A stretch of 64,000 bases of DNA from Octopus vulgaris (Eukaryota), in NCBI GenBank assembly GCA_951406725.2, contig OX597833.1, positions 39,618,001 through 39,682,000 on the forward strand, read 5' to 3'. Made by a program: the position numbers and the translations under genes. Below the pieces are notes generated by a model. It saw only the letters and a program-made list of their open reading frames with translations. It was not told where the DNA came from and did not search any database. Below, piece by piece: positions 1 through 12,347 of this stretch. The stretch's first letter is position 1; each line of letters starts with the position of its first letter.

Positions 1-537
1 TAAAAAGATACATGGTTATTTCTAGCTCTATGATTTAATATTAAACCCATGCATAGTATTCATTTAGTAATTTTATTAACCATTATTAATTCTCTCTAGA
101 GTATTTATCACTTCGGTGTACATATATGTTGGTAGTGCAAGTCTCTGGAGGTTTTCAGTTGTTAATGATTATGTATTTATTTTCCTTTGTGTTTGCTGTC
201 ATTTATACTTCATGTAAAGCTATGTTTTGTCTCTTGGAACTGAGCTCTGTAAGAAAATTGTCCGCTATCATACTTGTCTTGTTGTTTCATACAACGTGTG
301 TTAGCTAGTTGCTGTAATTATCATCTGTGGATTTATTTTGATTATAATTTTAACAGATGTAATTTTAAATTAACATTAGTGTAATATCTGATTTTCATTT
401 TATTTACTTCCAATTTAATAGCAATTGATACACAGGTCGAATAGCCTCTGGTTTAAAGTTTTCTTTGTTAATCTTTAATTTTGTTTCAATACCAGTTTAA
501 TGTTTGTTTGTTCATTTACCATTATGAGTTTTAGGCA

Positions 538-779
538 TCGATGATTTGGGGTTACATGTGCTGGTGACACATAAAAGACACCTGTGCTGGTAGCACATAA
601 AAGACACCTAGTACACCATGGGGAGTGGTTGGCATTAGGAAGGGCATCCAGCAGTAGAAACCAAGCCAAAATAGACTGAAGTTTGGCGCTGCTCTTTGAC
701 TTACCAGCTCCAGTCAAACTGTCTTACCCATGCTCGCATGGAAAACGGATGCTAAATGATGATGATGATGACGATGATG
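538..779 (+). mobile_element. 3' end of RTE-type LINE (3'UTR plus (GAT)n tail)
   Basis: Ends gcatggaaaacggatgctaaatgatgatg, the same tail as the RT-linked copy at 32265-32970; has two 26-bp internal units. Confidence 0.7.
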
Positions 780-799
780 TAACTCTTATATTCTTTTTC

Positions 800-1151
800 T
801 TTTCTTTTATTTGTTTCAGTCATTTTGACAGAAGGCCATGCTGGAGCGCCACCTTTAGTTGAGCAAATCAACCCCAGGACTTATTCTTTGTAAGCCTAGT
901 AACACAGACACACAAACATATAGAAACACACACATACATACTACATACACACACACACACATATATATATCTACACACACACACACATATACAACAGGCT
1001 TCTTTCAATTTCCGTCTACCAAATCCACTCACAAAGCTTTGGTCGGCCCAAGGCTATAATAGAAGACCCTTGCCAAAGGTGCCACACAGTGGGACTAAAC
1101 CCAGAACCATGTGGTTGGTAAGCAAGCTACTTACCACACAGCCACTCCTGC
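800..1151 (-). mobile_element. tRNA-derived CORE-type SINE (family A, octopus OR-like)
   Basis: Reverse complement has head gcaggagtggctgtgtggtaag, ggttctgggtttagtcccactgtgtggcacc and tail gctccagcatggcc; many copies in window. Confidence 0.85.
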
Positions 1152-1562
1152 TTACTTTTTATATAGTTGTTGGTCTGGAAATGTACAATATGTATTATAA
1201 AGTCCCTCTTCTATACATACAAAATGTTTTTTTTTGTGTTTGAGGAGGCTGGGGGTTAAGTCTTTGTATGTTTGGTACAACATTTAAACGATTTTTTGTT
1301 TTAATGCTGTGGTCACTATTGAATTGAACGCACATTCATCTGAAAAGAGAAGTTGTTCTCCAATACTGAAGCACAATAGGGATTAGCATATTCATATTTG
1401 AATCTGCCAGAATATATTAAGAATGAATAGGTAAGTCATACTTTTGATTCTTGCAGTTCATTGTGCATGGGATGATTTATTATTAGTTGGCATACATCAG
1501 CATACATCAGCAAATGATTTGTTTGCTGAAATTACAAACAGGAGTTACAATCTCTTGTTAGT

Positions 1563-1644
1563 TTCATTAGTTAATGACAACTTTGGCTGAAGAGACAATG
1601 ACATCGAAACACTGGGTGTCCCAAAGACCACTTATGTTAATGAA
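1563..1644 (+). ncRNA. Type I hammerhead ribozyme, unit 1
   Basis: Stem I ctttgg(1581-86)/ccaaag(1621-26); core CTGAAGA 1587-93; stem II ga/tc; GAAA 1606-09; stem III acac/gtgt; GUC cleavage after 1620; outer stem ttcatta/taatgaa. Confidence 0.8.
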
Positions 1645-1889
1645 TCAAGTGTGTTTTGAACACACATTCATTTGAAAGGAGAAGTCATTCTCCAATGACA
1701 AAATACAATCACAATTAGCATATTCAAATTCAAATCTGCTGGAACAGATTAAGAATGAACATGTAAGTCTTCGTTTTGATTTCTGTTGTTCACAGTGCAC
1801 ATATTGATTCATCGGTAAGAAGATATCAGCATGCATCATCTACTAATTTGTTTGCTAAAGTTATTAATAAGAGCTCCTTACTTGTGTTA

Positions 1890-1976
1890 GATTCATTAGT
1901 CTAGGGTAGCTTTGGCTGAGGAGACACAATGATGTCAAAACAGCAGGTGTTCCAAGGTCCCTGTACACTAATGAGT
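1890..1976 (+). ncRNA. Type I hammerhead ribozyme, unit 2 (G12>A, probably inactive)
   Basis: Stem I ctttgg/ccaagg; CTGAGGA 1916-22; stem II gaca/tgtc; AAAA instead of GAAA; stem III aca/tgt; site after 1951; outer stem tcattagt/actaatga. Confidence 0.7.
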
Positions 1977-2329
1977 TCAGTGCATTATGAATACACATTC
2001 ATGTGAAAGGAGAAGTTATTTTTCCAATGATGTACGATAACAATCAGCATTTGAATCTGATGGAACATATTAAGGAGGAATATGTAAGTCACCATTTTGG
2101 TTCTCACTGCTCACTGCACATATGATGATTTATAATCAGGTGAAGAATAATTCTTTAGCAATTGCAAAACAAAATTATTACTAACTACTGAATGGTAAAT
2201 ATAGAGTGAATGCTTAAACTCACTGATTGCCTATTAATTTTCATCATAAAATATGAAATTCAATATTGGAAAATAAAGCTGAAAATATATAAAGGATAGG
2301 GTAACTTCATTCTTTTCTAAATGTAACAT

Positions 2330-2412
2330 TTTACTAAAATTGTAGATATTTCATTTGCTTCAAATGAAATTAATATTTTACTAAAATTGTAGATATTTCA
2401 TTTGCTTCAAAT
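2330..2412. repeat. Short tandem duplication (~47 bp period)
   Basis: tttactaaaattgtagatatttcatttgcttcaaat occurs twice. Confidence 0.85.
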
Positions 2413-2837
2413 AAAATTGCAGATTACTCAAGAAATTTTGTAAGTAGTGTTCTATATAAAGAAAAAAATTATGCTTCAAATTATTCCATTTTTCTACACA
2501 GAACAAAGCCTTGATTTAAATTAGTTAAAACTTTCTGCTTCATACAAGCCTATAATTTCCTACTCTAGTTGACTATTTATATTAATACATAACTTTTTTG
2601 TCTGCATATAGAAGTGTGTGTGTGTGTGTTGACATACCATTTTGTGTTGAGCACTTATGCATAGTTGTACACATTTCAGTGTTTGTTCTGTGTGAACTTT
2701 GATGTTCGAATGCAGGGTTACAATGCACACAGGTACATACATATTATCGGTATAAGAAGGAAAGGGGTGTTTGTATATACACACACATACAAACATACAC
2801 ATATATACACACACATGCATACAGTCACTGAGCATTT

Positions 2838-3158
2838 CATCATCATCATCATTGTTCAACCGTGGTCGAGACAATGGAATTTACCATTCTACACCAGACT
2901 TCACGGTCCATCATAGCATTACGGAGGTCCTGTTGCTGGATGCCTGTATCCCTGGAGATTACATCAGGGTAGGAGAGTGTGCGCCCTCTGGTATTGTGAG
3001 TAGATGGCTTCCAGAGGAGAAGAGTAGAAATTGCCTCTTTTTCAGCTCTACAACAATGTCCAGCAAACTGGACTCTCCCACCTTTCACAAGAGATGACAC
3101 AGGTGGTAGTTTCCCATATATTTGCATTATGGTTGGATGACGCTTCCACAAGAGATTT
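2838..3158 (-). mobile_element. 5'-truncated RTE-like LINE with target-site duplication (TSD)
   Basis: ORF 2849-3151 (RVQFAGHCCR...DREVW) resembles a non-LTR ORF2 C-terminus; (TGA)n tail; TSD tgagcattt at 2829-2837 and 3159-3167. Confidence 0.85.
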
Positions 3159-3218
3159 TGAGCATTTAGCTCAATACTCTAATCACTTAAAGTTTCTCAT
3201 AACACACTAATGTAAATA

Positions 3219-3249
<31 letters not shown>

Positions 3250-3745
3250 TTACTCCTGCTGCTGTTACTGCTGCTGCTGCTGCTGTCATGAATAATTAAC
3301 TACCACCATCTTCTCTACTATTATTAATACTTATTTTCATTATAGGAACCTCTACATGGTAACCAAACTTGCTAGAAATGTCTCTCTAATCATGTCTTAC
3401 AACTTCATAAGGAACACATTTTATAACGTAGTCCAAGGTAAACAACACCTGCATGAAAGATGGGATTAGCATAGTCTGAGTGCCTTTGATGATAAGTCTG
3501 TACTTTCAGAATTGAATAACAATCAACCTCTTCTACTACTCACTCAATGGGGAAGACTCTAAGCAGTCATTCAACCAGCTAGAAATAACAGCCAAGTCTC
3601 TTTGAAGGAGACATTAGATAATGTGGTCTATAGTACGATATTTCTGTAGAAAAAACACCTAGTTAGGGATGGTTGCAGCTGGAATTGCCTTTGATTACAT
3701 ATCTACTGAAGCAAAGATAACCTGGGGCTAAGCAACAGGAGCATC

Positions 3746-3760
3746 CTCTACTACTACTGT

Positions 3761-3810
<50 letters not shown>

Positions 3811-3970
3811 ATAATAATAATAATAATAATACTGTTGCTGCTGCTGTTACTACTATTGCTGTTGCTGCTACTACTACTATTACTACAATGATGATGAAAG
3901 TGATGACAACTACTACTGCTGCTACTATCACTACAACGACGATGATGGTGACTACTACTACAACCACCAT
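3746..3970. repeat. Compound trinucleotide microsatellite (ACT/AAT/GCT/GAT)
   Basis: Direct reading. Confidence 0.95.
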
Positions 3971-4546
3971 GTTTTCTTTTATCTTTGATATAATCTCCAG
4001 ACAGATGTCTGTTATTGGAGACAAAAGACCAAAGGAGACAGCCACCCACCCCTCTTGCTCTTATTCTTTCTTTCTCTCTCTCTCTCTCTCTCTCTCTGAT
4101 ACACACACACCCAGCCACACACCCTCAATCTTCTCTCAGGTGTCTACACCTCCACCACTACCCCACCGCCATTAATAGCACCTCCTTAGTGCATTGAAGG
4201 GTGGTAATGGTGGCGACGGTGATGGTGATGGTGGTGGTGGCTACACTTGACTAACCCAACCAAGCCCTCATTATCACAACTGCCCTAACACTGCCATCAG
4301 TACTACCACTATCACCATAAAAGTGACAGCTGGTATATGGAGGGTTGTTGTTGTTGTTGTTGTTTTAGCCCCTAGGTCATCCAGTTGAGCAGAACCTGTG
4401 CTCAGATGCAATCCAGCTGTAACTAGACCAAACTTTTTCTTGGGTGCAAACCACATCATTCATCATATCTTTGTTTTAAAGTAGCAAGATGTGATTTGAG
4501 GGAAATTTGGCTGCTATTTTAGATGAATTGAATAACCATTTAAAAC

Positions 4547-4886
4547 CACTGGTTCTCAACCATTTTTAAACCTATAGATCCCTTTGGTTACCATTTTACT
4601 CAGACAGACCCTCATAGCCATGTGATGTTCATTGTAGTTTTATAATTAAATATTATTAGGAATTACTCTTTTACTCTTTTACTTGTTTCAGTCATTTGAC
4701 TGTGGCCATGCTGGAGCACTGCTTTTAGTCGATCAAATTGAACCCAAGACTTATTCCTTGGAAGCCTAGTACTTATTCTATTGGTCTCTTTTACCGAACC
4801 ACTAAGTTACGGGGACGTAAACACACAAACATCAGTTGTCAAGCGATGTTGGGGGGATAAACACAGCCACACAAACACATACACAC

Positions 4887-4933
<47 letters not shown>

Positions 4934-5232
4934 AATATATACACATATATACGACAGGCTTCTTTCAGTTTCCGTCTACCAAATCCACTCACAAGGCTTT
5001 AGTCGGTCCGAGGCTATAGGTGAAGACACTTGCCCAAAGTACCACACAGTGGGAATGAACCCAGAACTATGTGGTTGGTAAGCAAGCTACTTACCACACA
5101 GTCACTCCTGCGCCTATATTGTTTAAAGAAATTAAAATATTTTTTGTGTATTGTAGAAGTACAACCAATTTAACAAGAAAATCTTATATAGACCCCCCCA
5201 CCCCACCCACAGTCTCCAGTTTAGAACCACTG
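4547..5232. mobile_element. hAT-type non-autonomous element interrupted by a SINE
   Basis: Terminal inverted repeats (TIRs) cactggttctcaac ... gtttagaaccactg resemble CAGTGGTTCTCAAC hAT ends; related body at ~25660-26330. Confidence 0.65.
4666..5116 (-). mobile_element. Family A SINE, full length
   Basis: Head, internal (CA/TA) microsatellite and tail ...actgaaacaagtaaaagag all present. Confidence 0.9.
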
Positions 5233-5339
5233 ATTTAAAGCTACCCACTACCACCTGGTTGGTTTAGGAGATAGTGAGAAAGCAATGTGTAGGTAACTGT
5301 ATTTTTGTAGGCATGTATCACACACGCACATACATAAAT

Positions 5340-5436
5340 ATATCATGCTTGTTGTTGTCGTCGTTATCATCATCATCATTATCACCATTACCATCATCAT
5401 CATTATCATCATCATCATCACCACCACCACCATCAC

Positions 5437-5469
<33 letters not shown>

Positions 5470-5930
5470 TATCATCATCATCATCATCATCATCATCACC
5501 ATCATTATCATCATCATCATCATCATCATCATCATCTGAAGAGCTGTCCAGGCTCCACGTCTGTTTTGGCTTGTTTTCTACAGCTGGATGCCCATCTTAA
5601 CAGCAACCGCTTTACAGTATGCATTGGGTGTTTTTATGCAGCACTGGCACAGGTGCATTTACGTAGTACTAGTACAGGTGGTTTTTATGTGACACCAGCA
5701 CCCATGAGCCTACAAGATTAGGAATGCTCAGCAGGAGAGGAAGGCAGGGGACAGTCTGTATGCAAAAACAACCACTCTTTCCCTTAGCTTGATGTGTATT
5801 TTCAAGCACAGCAAACTGCCAGGAGCCTCGGTCCCCTATCATCCTTTCTATGAGTCCCAACGTCTGTAGATCCTCTCTCACCACTTCATATCATGTTCTC
5901 CTTGGTCTACCTCTTCAACATGCTCCCTCT
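5340..5930 (-). mobile_element. RTE-type LINE 3' end with expanded (GAT)n tail
   Basis: Minus ORF VREDLQTLGLIERMIGDRGSWQFAVLE is homologous to 32420-32510; (CAT)n run 5340-5535. Confidence 0.8.
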
Positions 5931-5934
5931 ACAT

Positions 5935-6210
5935 ATACATGGGTTGGACAAAATAATGAAAACACCTAGCATCACAGCATCATAAATTTGAAATATCTAT
6001 AAAACCATCAAAAGCTTGTTTATTTGAATGATTTTTTTTATTTATTATTAGTGTTGCTTAATATGTTTTGCTGAAATTGCTGTTTCTTTTCAGATATCAT
6101 CAGAAAAAGGTAATTAAAATTCATTAAAATGACAGATCTACCATGTGGTTAGGCACTAGCTTAACAAAGACAGCTGAAATGTTTAGTGTATTAAGAAGTA
6201 CTGTCATTGT
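5935..6210 (+). mobile_element. Tc1-like transposon 5' fragment
   Basis: TA-catgggttggacaaaataatgaaaacac TIR-like start; decayed N-terminal GTSLTKTAEMFSVLRSTV helix-turn-helix-like segment. Confidence 0.55.
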
Positions 6211-6754
6211 CGAAAAAAAATCACTGACTGCAAGAGATTACATATTTTGCATCAACTTGCAGTATCCATAAACAGGAAGAATAAACTATTTCATTGTTAC
6301 CATCAGAGGTACACTCTGTTAATGAACTTCAAACCACTGGCAGCTAACAACTCAAATATAACATTTTAGGGCTGACTGCTCTATAATCAAGGGCACAATA
6401 CTTGACACCTGCTGCCTGTATAGACTACAGCCCCATCCATGCTTCACCAAATTTTAATCCAACCCCACCAAATCTGGATACTCCCACAGATACACTGTTG
6501 CTGGCACCAGCAATGTGGGTTTCAGCTGATCTGGCTTGTCAAATTAATGGTAACGTAAACAAAGTGGTAATTCTTACCATGCACTGGTAAATTCACTGGG
6601 TAGAGGTTTGCTTGTGGTAGACAGGTTAGTTTCGTTGGGTAATTAGGGTGAGGTGAGTATTATTTAGGTGCAGGTTTCCTAGTTTAATTAAGCACATTTT
6701 TCTGCATGTGTGTATTCTGTTTTACAATTAGTAACACCATTGTATCTACACATA

Positions 6755-6911
6755 TACAATGGTCTTCTTTCAGTTTCTGTCTACCAAATCCACTCACAAG
6801 GCTTTGGTCAATCTGAGACTATCTACCCAAGGTGCCACACTGTGGGACTGAACCCAAAACCATGTGGTTAGGAAGCAAACTTGCTACCACACAACCATGC
6901 ACCTGTGCCTA
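6755..6911 (-). mobile_element. Family A SINE, head portion
   Basis: ctaccaaatccactcacaaggctttgg...cccaaggtgccacac. Confidence 0.85.
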
Positions 6912-7989
6912 TTTGTATGATTCAAAAGTATGGTCTGTTGCATGTTTGTCAAAGCATGTTCCAATTAAAACTGTTTTTTTTTAAATATAAAATACTATCA
7001 GCTGATATATTCTGTCCTCTTGCAATTAATTGTTCATTATGTTTTTCTAGAAAATGAACTTTAAGCACATAAAAGAAAGCAACGTCCAGCCTTTCATGCC
7101 TATGGATGGTGTTTCTGTTATTGTCCTGACTTCCCTGCTATAGAATGGATCTGTTTGAATGGAAGCTTTGAAAAATAGCCTTTTAATTCTCTCTTTGATT
7201 ATACAGTTCTAAATAGAATAAAGTCTGCATGCTACAAACTATGCTAATTGACATCTTTGTCACGAAATACACCACAGACATACATGTGTGTTTGTGTGTG
7301 TGTGTGTGTGTGTGCATATGTGTATATATCTGTGTGTGTATGTGTGTGTGTGAATATATACATATATATGTTTATATGTATGTTTGCATGTATGTATAAT
7401 ATGTGTGTGTGTGTGTGTATATGAATATATATGAATATATATGTATATATATATTTATGTATATATATTGTACATTTCTACATCCACACACACAGACACA
7501 CAAAGATATATATGCAAAGGAAAGATTGTGTGTTTGCTTGTGTATGTGTGTGTGTGTGTGCGTGTGTGTGTGTGTCTGTGTGTGTGTGTGTACTTGTATG
7601 AGCTTATGCATGTTTAAGTGCATAATTGATTTTTTTCCACTCGTGTGAGCTCACAGTTCAGTAGTATGTTTGGGGGATGTGACATGCTCCATTGAGTCCA
7701 GCTGTTTGGTGAATCCTTCACCTAGACAAGGTTATATTACAACACCTTATGACACAAAAACAATCCCTGCCACACCACTTCCACTACCCTTCACACACAT
7801 ACACACACACACACACAGCTGCACCCTGTCAACCTTTCCATTGATATATCAACATCTAACCACTGTTTAGTTTTATGTGTATTGGTTTCTTGAAAGTTTT
7901 GAGAAGACCTAAAAATATCCTAACCACAATAATTTCATGATAAAATATTATATAACACTCACTTCAGGTGGGTTTATAGTAACAGTTGT

Positions 7990-8340
7990 GACATACCAGT
8001 AGGTTTTAGCAAGCAGCTGTACCAGCACCATATAAAAGGCACCATGCTGGTGCCATGTAAACAGCACCTGTACCAAGCCATCTAAAAAGCACCTGTACTG
8101 GGTCATGCAAAATACACCTGTGCCAGAGACATGTAAAATGTATCTGTGCCAGTGTTGCAAAAACTGGCACACAGTGCACTCTGTTGGAAGGTTATCCCAG
8201 CCATAGAAATCAAGCCAAATCAGACTGGAACCTGGTGCAGCTCTCCAGATTGCCAGCTCTGGTCAAAACCTTCCAACCCATACCACCATGGAAAACAGAT
8301 GTCGAACAATGATGGTGATGATGATGTTGATGATAATGAC
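7990..8340 (+). mobile_element. RTE-type 3' end with ~6 internal 25-26-bp units
   Basis: Tail ccatggaaaacagatgtcgaacaatgatggtgatg; repeated ...aaaagcacct units. Confidence 0.7.
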
Positions 8341-8784
8341 AGTGTTCTTTACCTTGTTGTATGACACAAGGCCCAGGTACCTGGTTTAAGACCCTACACA
8401 GATTTCTGGAATAGTACAGGTACTTTCAAAAAATAGATGAGACCTGCAGCAGTGCTTTTCACACTGACAAATATTGGGCCATTTCAAATGTATTAAGGAT
8501 GATTTTTTTCCCACTCTTTTTATTTATGAGAAAACAAAGTTAAGTTTGCATTCACATAGTTCATCTTTACTCACCTCTGTGTTGGACAAGTTTAAGATTT
8601 CTAAAAGTTTTAAAGCCATTGTAATTTCATTAAACAGGGCAATTTTCCTTTGGCAGTGAAAAATCCAAAGTTTCAGACAGAATTCTTCTTCAGGGAAAAA
8701 CTGACAGAAGTGAAATTAAAGAAAGGCTGCAAAGTTTTATATCCTCTAAGTTTGAAAACTCTGTGACAACCAGTTTATCTAAGA

Positions 8785-8808
8785 TGTCTCTGTCTATCTG
8801 TCTGCCTC

Positions 8809-8907
<99 letters not shown>

Positions 8908-8988
8908 GTCTACCTGTCTCTGTCTGACTTTGTCTCTGTCTTTCTGTCTCTGTTCCTGTCTTTGTCTATCTGTCTGTTTGTCTGTCCA

Positions 8989-9019
<31 letters not shown>

Positions 9020-9125
9020 GACTGTGTCTGTCTGACTGTCTGTCTGTCAGTCTGTCTCTGTCTCTTTCTCTGTCTCTTTCTCTCTCTAACCCCTCTCTCT
9101 CTCCATCTCTCCTCTTCCTCTCTCC
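8785..9125. repeat. (TCTA)n/(TCTG)n microsatellite
   Basis: Direct reading. Confidence 0.95.
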
Positions 9126-9194
9126 CTTTAATTTCACTCCTGTAAACTTTTCCTTGGAGAAGGGACAAAAAAACATTTGAATCATAATCTTGCT

Positions 9195-9877
9195 TAACTG
9201 GTGCTGATTTCATTGACCCTGACAGGATGAAAGGCAAAGTCGGAATATGAACACAGAATTTTTAGGGAAGGGGTAAGTTGATTTCATTGATCCCAATGAT
9301 CAATTGGTACTTATTTTATTGACCCCAAAGGGATCAAAGCTAAAGTTGATCTTGGCAGAATTTGAACTTAGAAAGTAAAGATAGACAAAATGCTGCTAAG
9401 CATTTTGCCTGGCATGTTAATTCTTTTCTAGCCAAGGAACAAGGCCTGGAATTTTGGAGGAGGGGGCCAGTTTATTAGATCGATCCCAATACAGAACTGG
9501 TACTCAATTTATTGACCCCAGAACAATGAAAGGCAAAGTCGATCTTGGTGGAATTTGAACTCAGAACATAAAGACAGACGAAATACCGCTAAGCATTTTG
9601 CCCGGCATGCTAATGTTTCTGCCAGCTTGCCACCTTTCATTCATAATAATAATGATAATAATCCTTTCTTCTATAAGTACAAGGTCTGAAATTTTGGGGG
9701 AGGGGACAAATCGATTACATTGACCCCAGTGTTTCACTGGTAATTAATTTATTGATCCCGAAAGAATGAAAAGTAAAGTTGACTTTGACGGAATTTGAAC
9801 TCAGAATATAGCAACAAGAAAAATACCTCTAAGCATTTCATCTGGAGTGCTAATGATTCTGCCAGCTTGCCACCTTT
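9195..9877 (-). mobile_element. Head-to-tail cluster of 3-4 Nin/Deu-domain-like SINEs (family B)
   Basis: Repeated attgacccc..gatgaaaggcaaagtcgac..ggaatttgaactcagaac; the reverse complement resembles the Nin/Deu core gtcgac..gcctt.catcct. Confidence 0.75.
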
Positions 9878-10484
9878 CATTTATGATAATAATGATAATA
9901 ATAATAATTATTATCAACAAAGCAGTTAAAAAAATATTTGGGGTGGATGACAGAAAAATAAATAACAATAATTGTGAAGGTAAATATAAGGATGTGAATA
10001 AAATAGAAATAAAAATAAAGTATATTTGAATCATTTTTATATTTTGTTTCATTATTTCCACATTTATTTATATCTTCCATTATTTTATCTTTATTTGTAT
10101 TTTATACATTTTATTCTAATTCCCATTTTCATATTTACTTTTATCATCATTGCTTTCCATGTTCCCCCATCTGCTACTATCACCTAATCTTCACAATATG
10201 TTCCCTATCTTTTCTTAATTAATATAATAAGGATTATAATAATGATGATAATTTTATGATTATAATTATTACATCTTCGATATTTTTTAATTTCTTAATT
10301 ACATAATTCTTTAATTCTTAATCATTAATTCAAATTTTGCAATGTTAATTATTATGTTAGATTTATCACCAAAAGTTCAAATTTTCAAACCTACACCATA
10401 TGAATAGACAATTTTAGATGGACCGAGATGTGCTTTATAGATAGATATATATATGTAGCCATAGAAATACACAGAGAAGTCAAT

Positions 10485-10756
10485 GGGCTGTGTGGTAAGA
10501 AGCTTGCTTCCCAACCACATGGTTCTGTGTTCAGTCCTACTGTGTGGTACCTTGGGCAAATGTCTTCTACTACAGCCCCAGGCCAACCAAAGACTTGTGT
10601 GTGGATTTGGTAGATGGAAACTGAAAGAAGCCCATTGTATATATATGTGTGTGTGTGCATGTGTGTATGTGTATGTGTGTGTGTCTTTCTGACTTTGTTT
10701 GTGGCCCCACCCTCACTTGACAACCGGTGCTGGAGTGTTTACATCCCCGTAACTTA
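10485..10756 (+). mobile_element. Family A SINE, 3'-truncated
   Basis: ggctgtgtggtaagaagcttgcttcccaaccacatgg...catccccgtaactta. Confidence 0.85.
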
Positions 10757-10925
10757 ATTCCTTCTTTTATTGGTTATGATGTTTTTACAGGGCAAATTGT
10801 TAGACTTAGTACTATTATTAATAATGCTAATAAATTTTTGTATAGAATAAATAAACTGTTAAGAAATTTAATAAAACAAGGGTATAAATATGGCAAATTG
10901 GTTAAACTTTTAATTGCTGTTTAGG
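10757..10925 (+). mobile_element. Penelope-like element RT-thumb fragment
   Basis: YDVFTGQIVRLSTIINNANKFLYRINKLLRNLIKQGY resembles the PLE thumb motif (YGVFxSQLxR...L..QGY). Confidence 0.55.
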
Positions 10926-11669
10926 TGGGAAACTTGAAATTTTAAATAAATATGCGGTAATATCAAGTCTTCAGCTTAGTAAATATTTGTATGGATTTGG
11001 AAGGTTTACGATTTAAGTCATTTGCTTACTACGTCACCAATACTGAGACAATTGAGGAAGTAGTTATTATGCACTACGTCATCAATATTTAGTTAGCCTT
11101 TTAAATTCTTGGTGATGGAACCGCATGTCTGATTAAACATGTAATACTTGTAGTTTTCTTATCTTTTAAACAGTTTTAATTAGCTTTATATATAGCAAAG
11201 TTTATAATAAAAGTTAATTACAAGTACTTTTATTAGTTCCTGTTTAATGAAATATAATGCTTATATTAGTTACTGATAATTTAATATTATAGTTTGTAGT
11301 GGTGATATATTAACGAGTATGTAGTATTGTATTTTTAACTTTTGTATTTTGCTCATAAGAATATTAGTTAAATTATTTCAATTGTGCTAGTTTTGTTTTG
11401 AAGAGATTTATATAAAGCTTTAACTTTCATTATATTAGTATCTGTAGAAGACTGGTGTGATTATTATTTGTATGGACTTAAAGATTGGTCACAATTTAGC
11501 ATATAATTTAGTTATTGCAGTTTACTATCAATACCACCAGATTGAATGGTACTACCCAAGTGTTGAAACCATAATGATATCTGTGGGGCAGCTGATGATG
11601 GAAGTATGTTGGATTGTTGGTATAACTGTGAAATAATATTATAGCACAGCCTTTTGATATATATATACA

Positions 11670-11824
11670 TGATGAATTTTTTTCAGATGCCATCTACAAA
11701 ATCTAACCATAAGCCTTTAGTTGGCTATAGCAGAAGACACTTACCCAAGGTGCCACAGAGTGGGTCTGAACCCAGAACCATGTGGCTGAGAAGCAAGCTC
11801 CTTACCACAGCCATGCCTGCACCT
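11670..11824 (-). mobile_element. Family A SINE head
   Basis: agaagacacttacccaaggtgccacagagtggg. Confidence 0.8.
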
Positions 11825-11927
11825 AAAAGTGGCCAGCCAACCTCTACAGGAAATCGTAGAATTCCATTAAAAATCATGAGGAAAACTACAGCTGTTTTAC
11901 TAATAGCAAAATAGAAAGAAATAATCA

Positions 11928-12347
11928 AAGTAGGTGTGGCTGCGTATTAAGAAACTTGCTCCTCAACCACATGGTTCTGGGTTCAGTCCCACTGTGTGGT
12001 ACCTTGGGCAAGTGCCTTCTACTATAACTTTAAGCCAACCAATTTATTTTTAGTGGATTTGGTAGACAGAAACTGAAAGAGGCCTATCAGGTGTGTGTGT
12101 GTGTGTGTTTGTGCTGGCATCTATGTTTGTCTCTCACAACCACTTCATAACCAGTACAGGTGTGTTTATGTCCCTGTAACTTAGCAGTTAATCAAAAGAG
12201 GCTGATAGAATAAGCACCAGATTAAAACAACAAAAAGAAATAAGTTCTGGGATTAATTCATTTGACTAAAAAAACACTCTCCAAGGCAGTGCTCCAGCAT
12301 GGCTGCAGTCTAAATACTGAAACAAGTTGAAGATAAAAGATAAAAGA
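11928..12347 (+). mobile_element. Family A SINE, full length
   Basis: Head through to tail aaggcagtgctccagcatggctgcagtc...actgaaacaag. Confidence 0.85.

Larger units (their letters stand above)
1324..2145 (+). repeat. ~331-bp diverged tandem repeat (about 2.5 units) carrying hammerhead ribozymes; retrozyme-like
   Basis: Units start ttgaacgcacattcat (1324), ttgaacacacattcat (1656) and atgaatacacattcat (1987) and are collinear; the HHR sits at the same offset in units 1 and 2. Confidence 0.85.

Noticed and set aside
2022-2065. C/D-box snoRNA-like ttcca-ATGATG...CTGA-tggaa
   Set aside because: Too short, and the boxes are not conserved in the other two repeat units.
1420-2101. Spliced-leader RNA or tandem-exon reading of the 331-bp repeat
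   Set aside because: There is no shared open frame and the putative leader is too divergent; the hammerhead explains the repeat better.
8664-8694. Minimal HHR-like match on the minus strand, plus CTGATGA hits at 11592 and 43331
   Set aside because: Stems are only 3 bp or do not close, which is compatible with chance.
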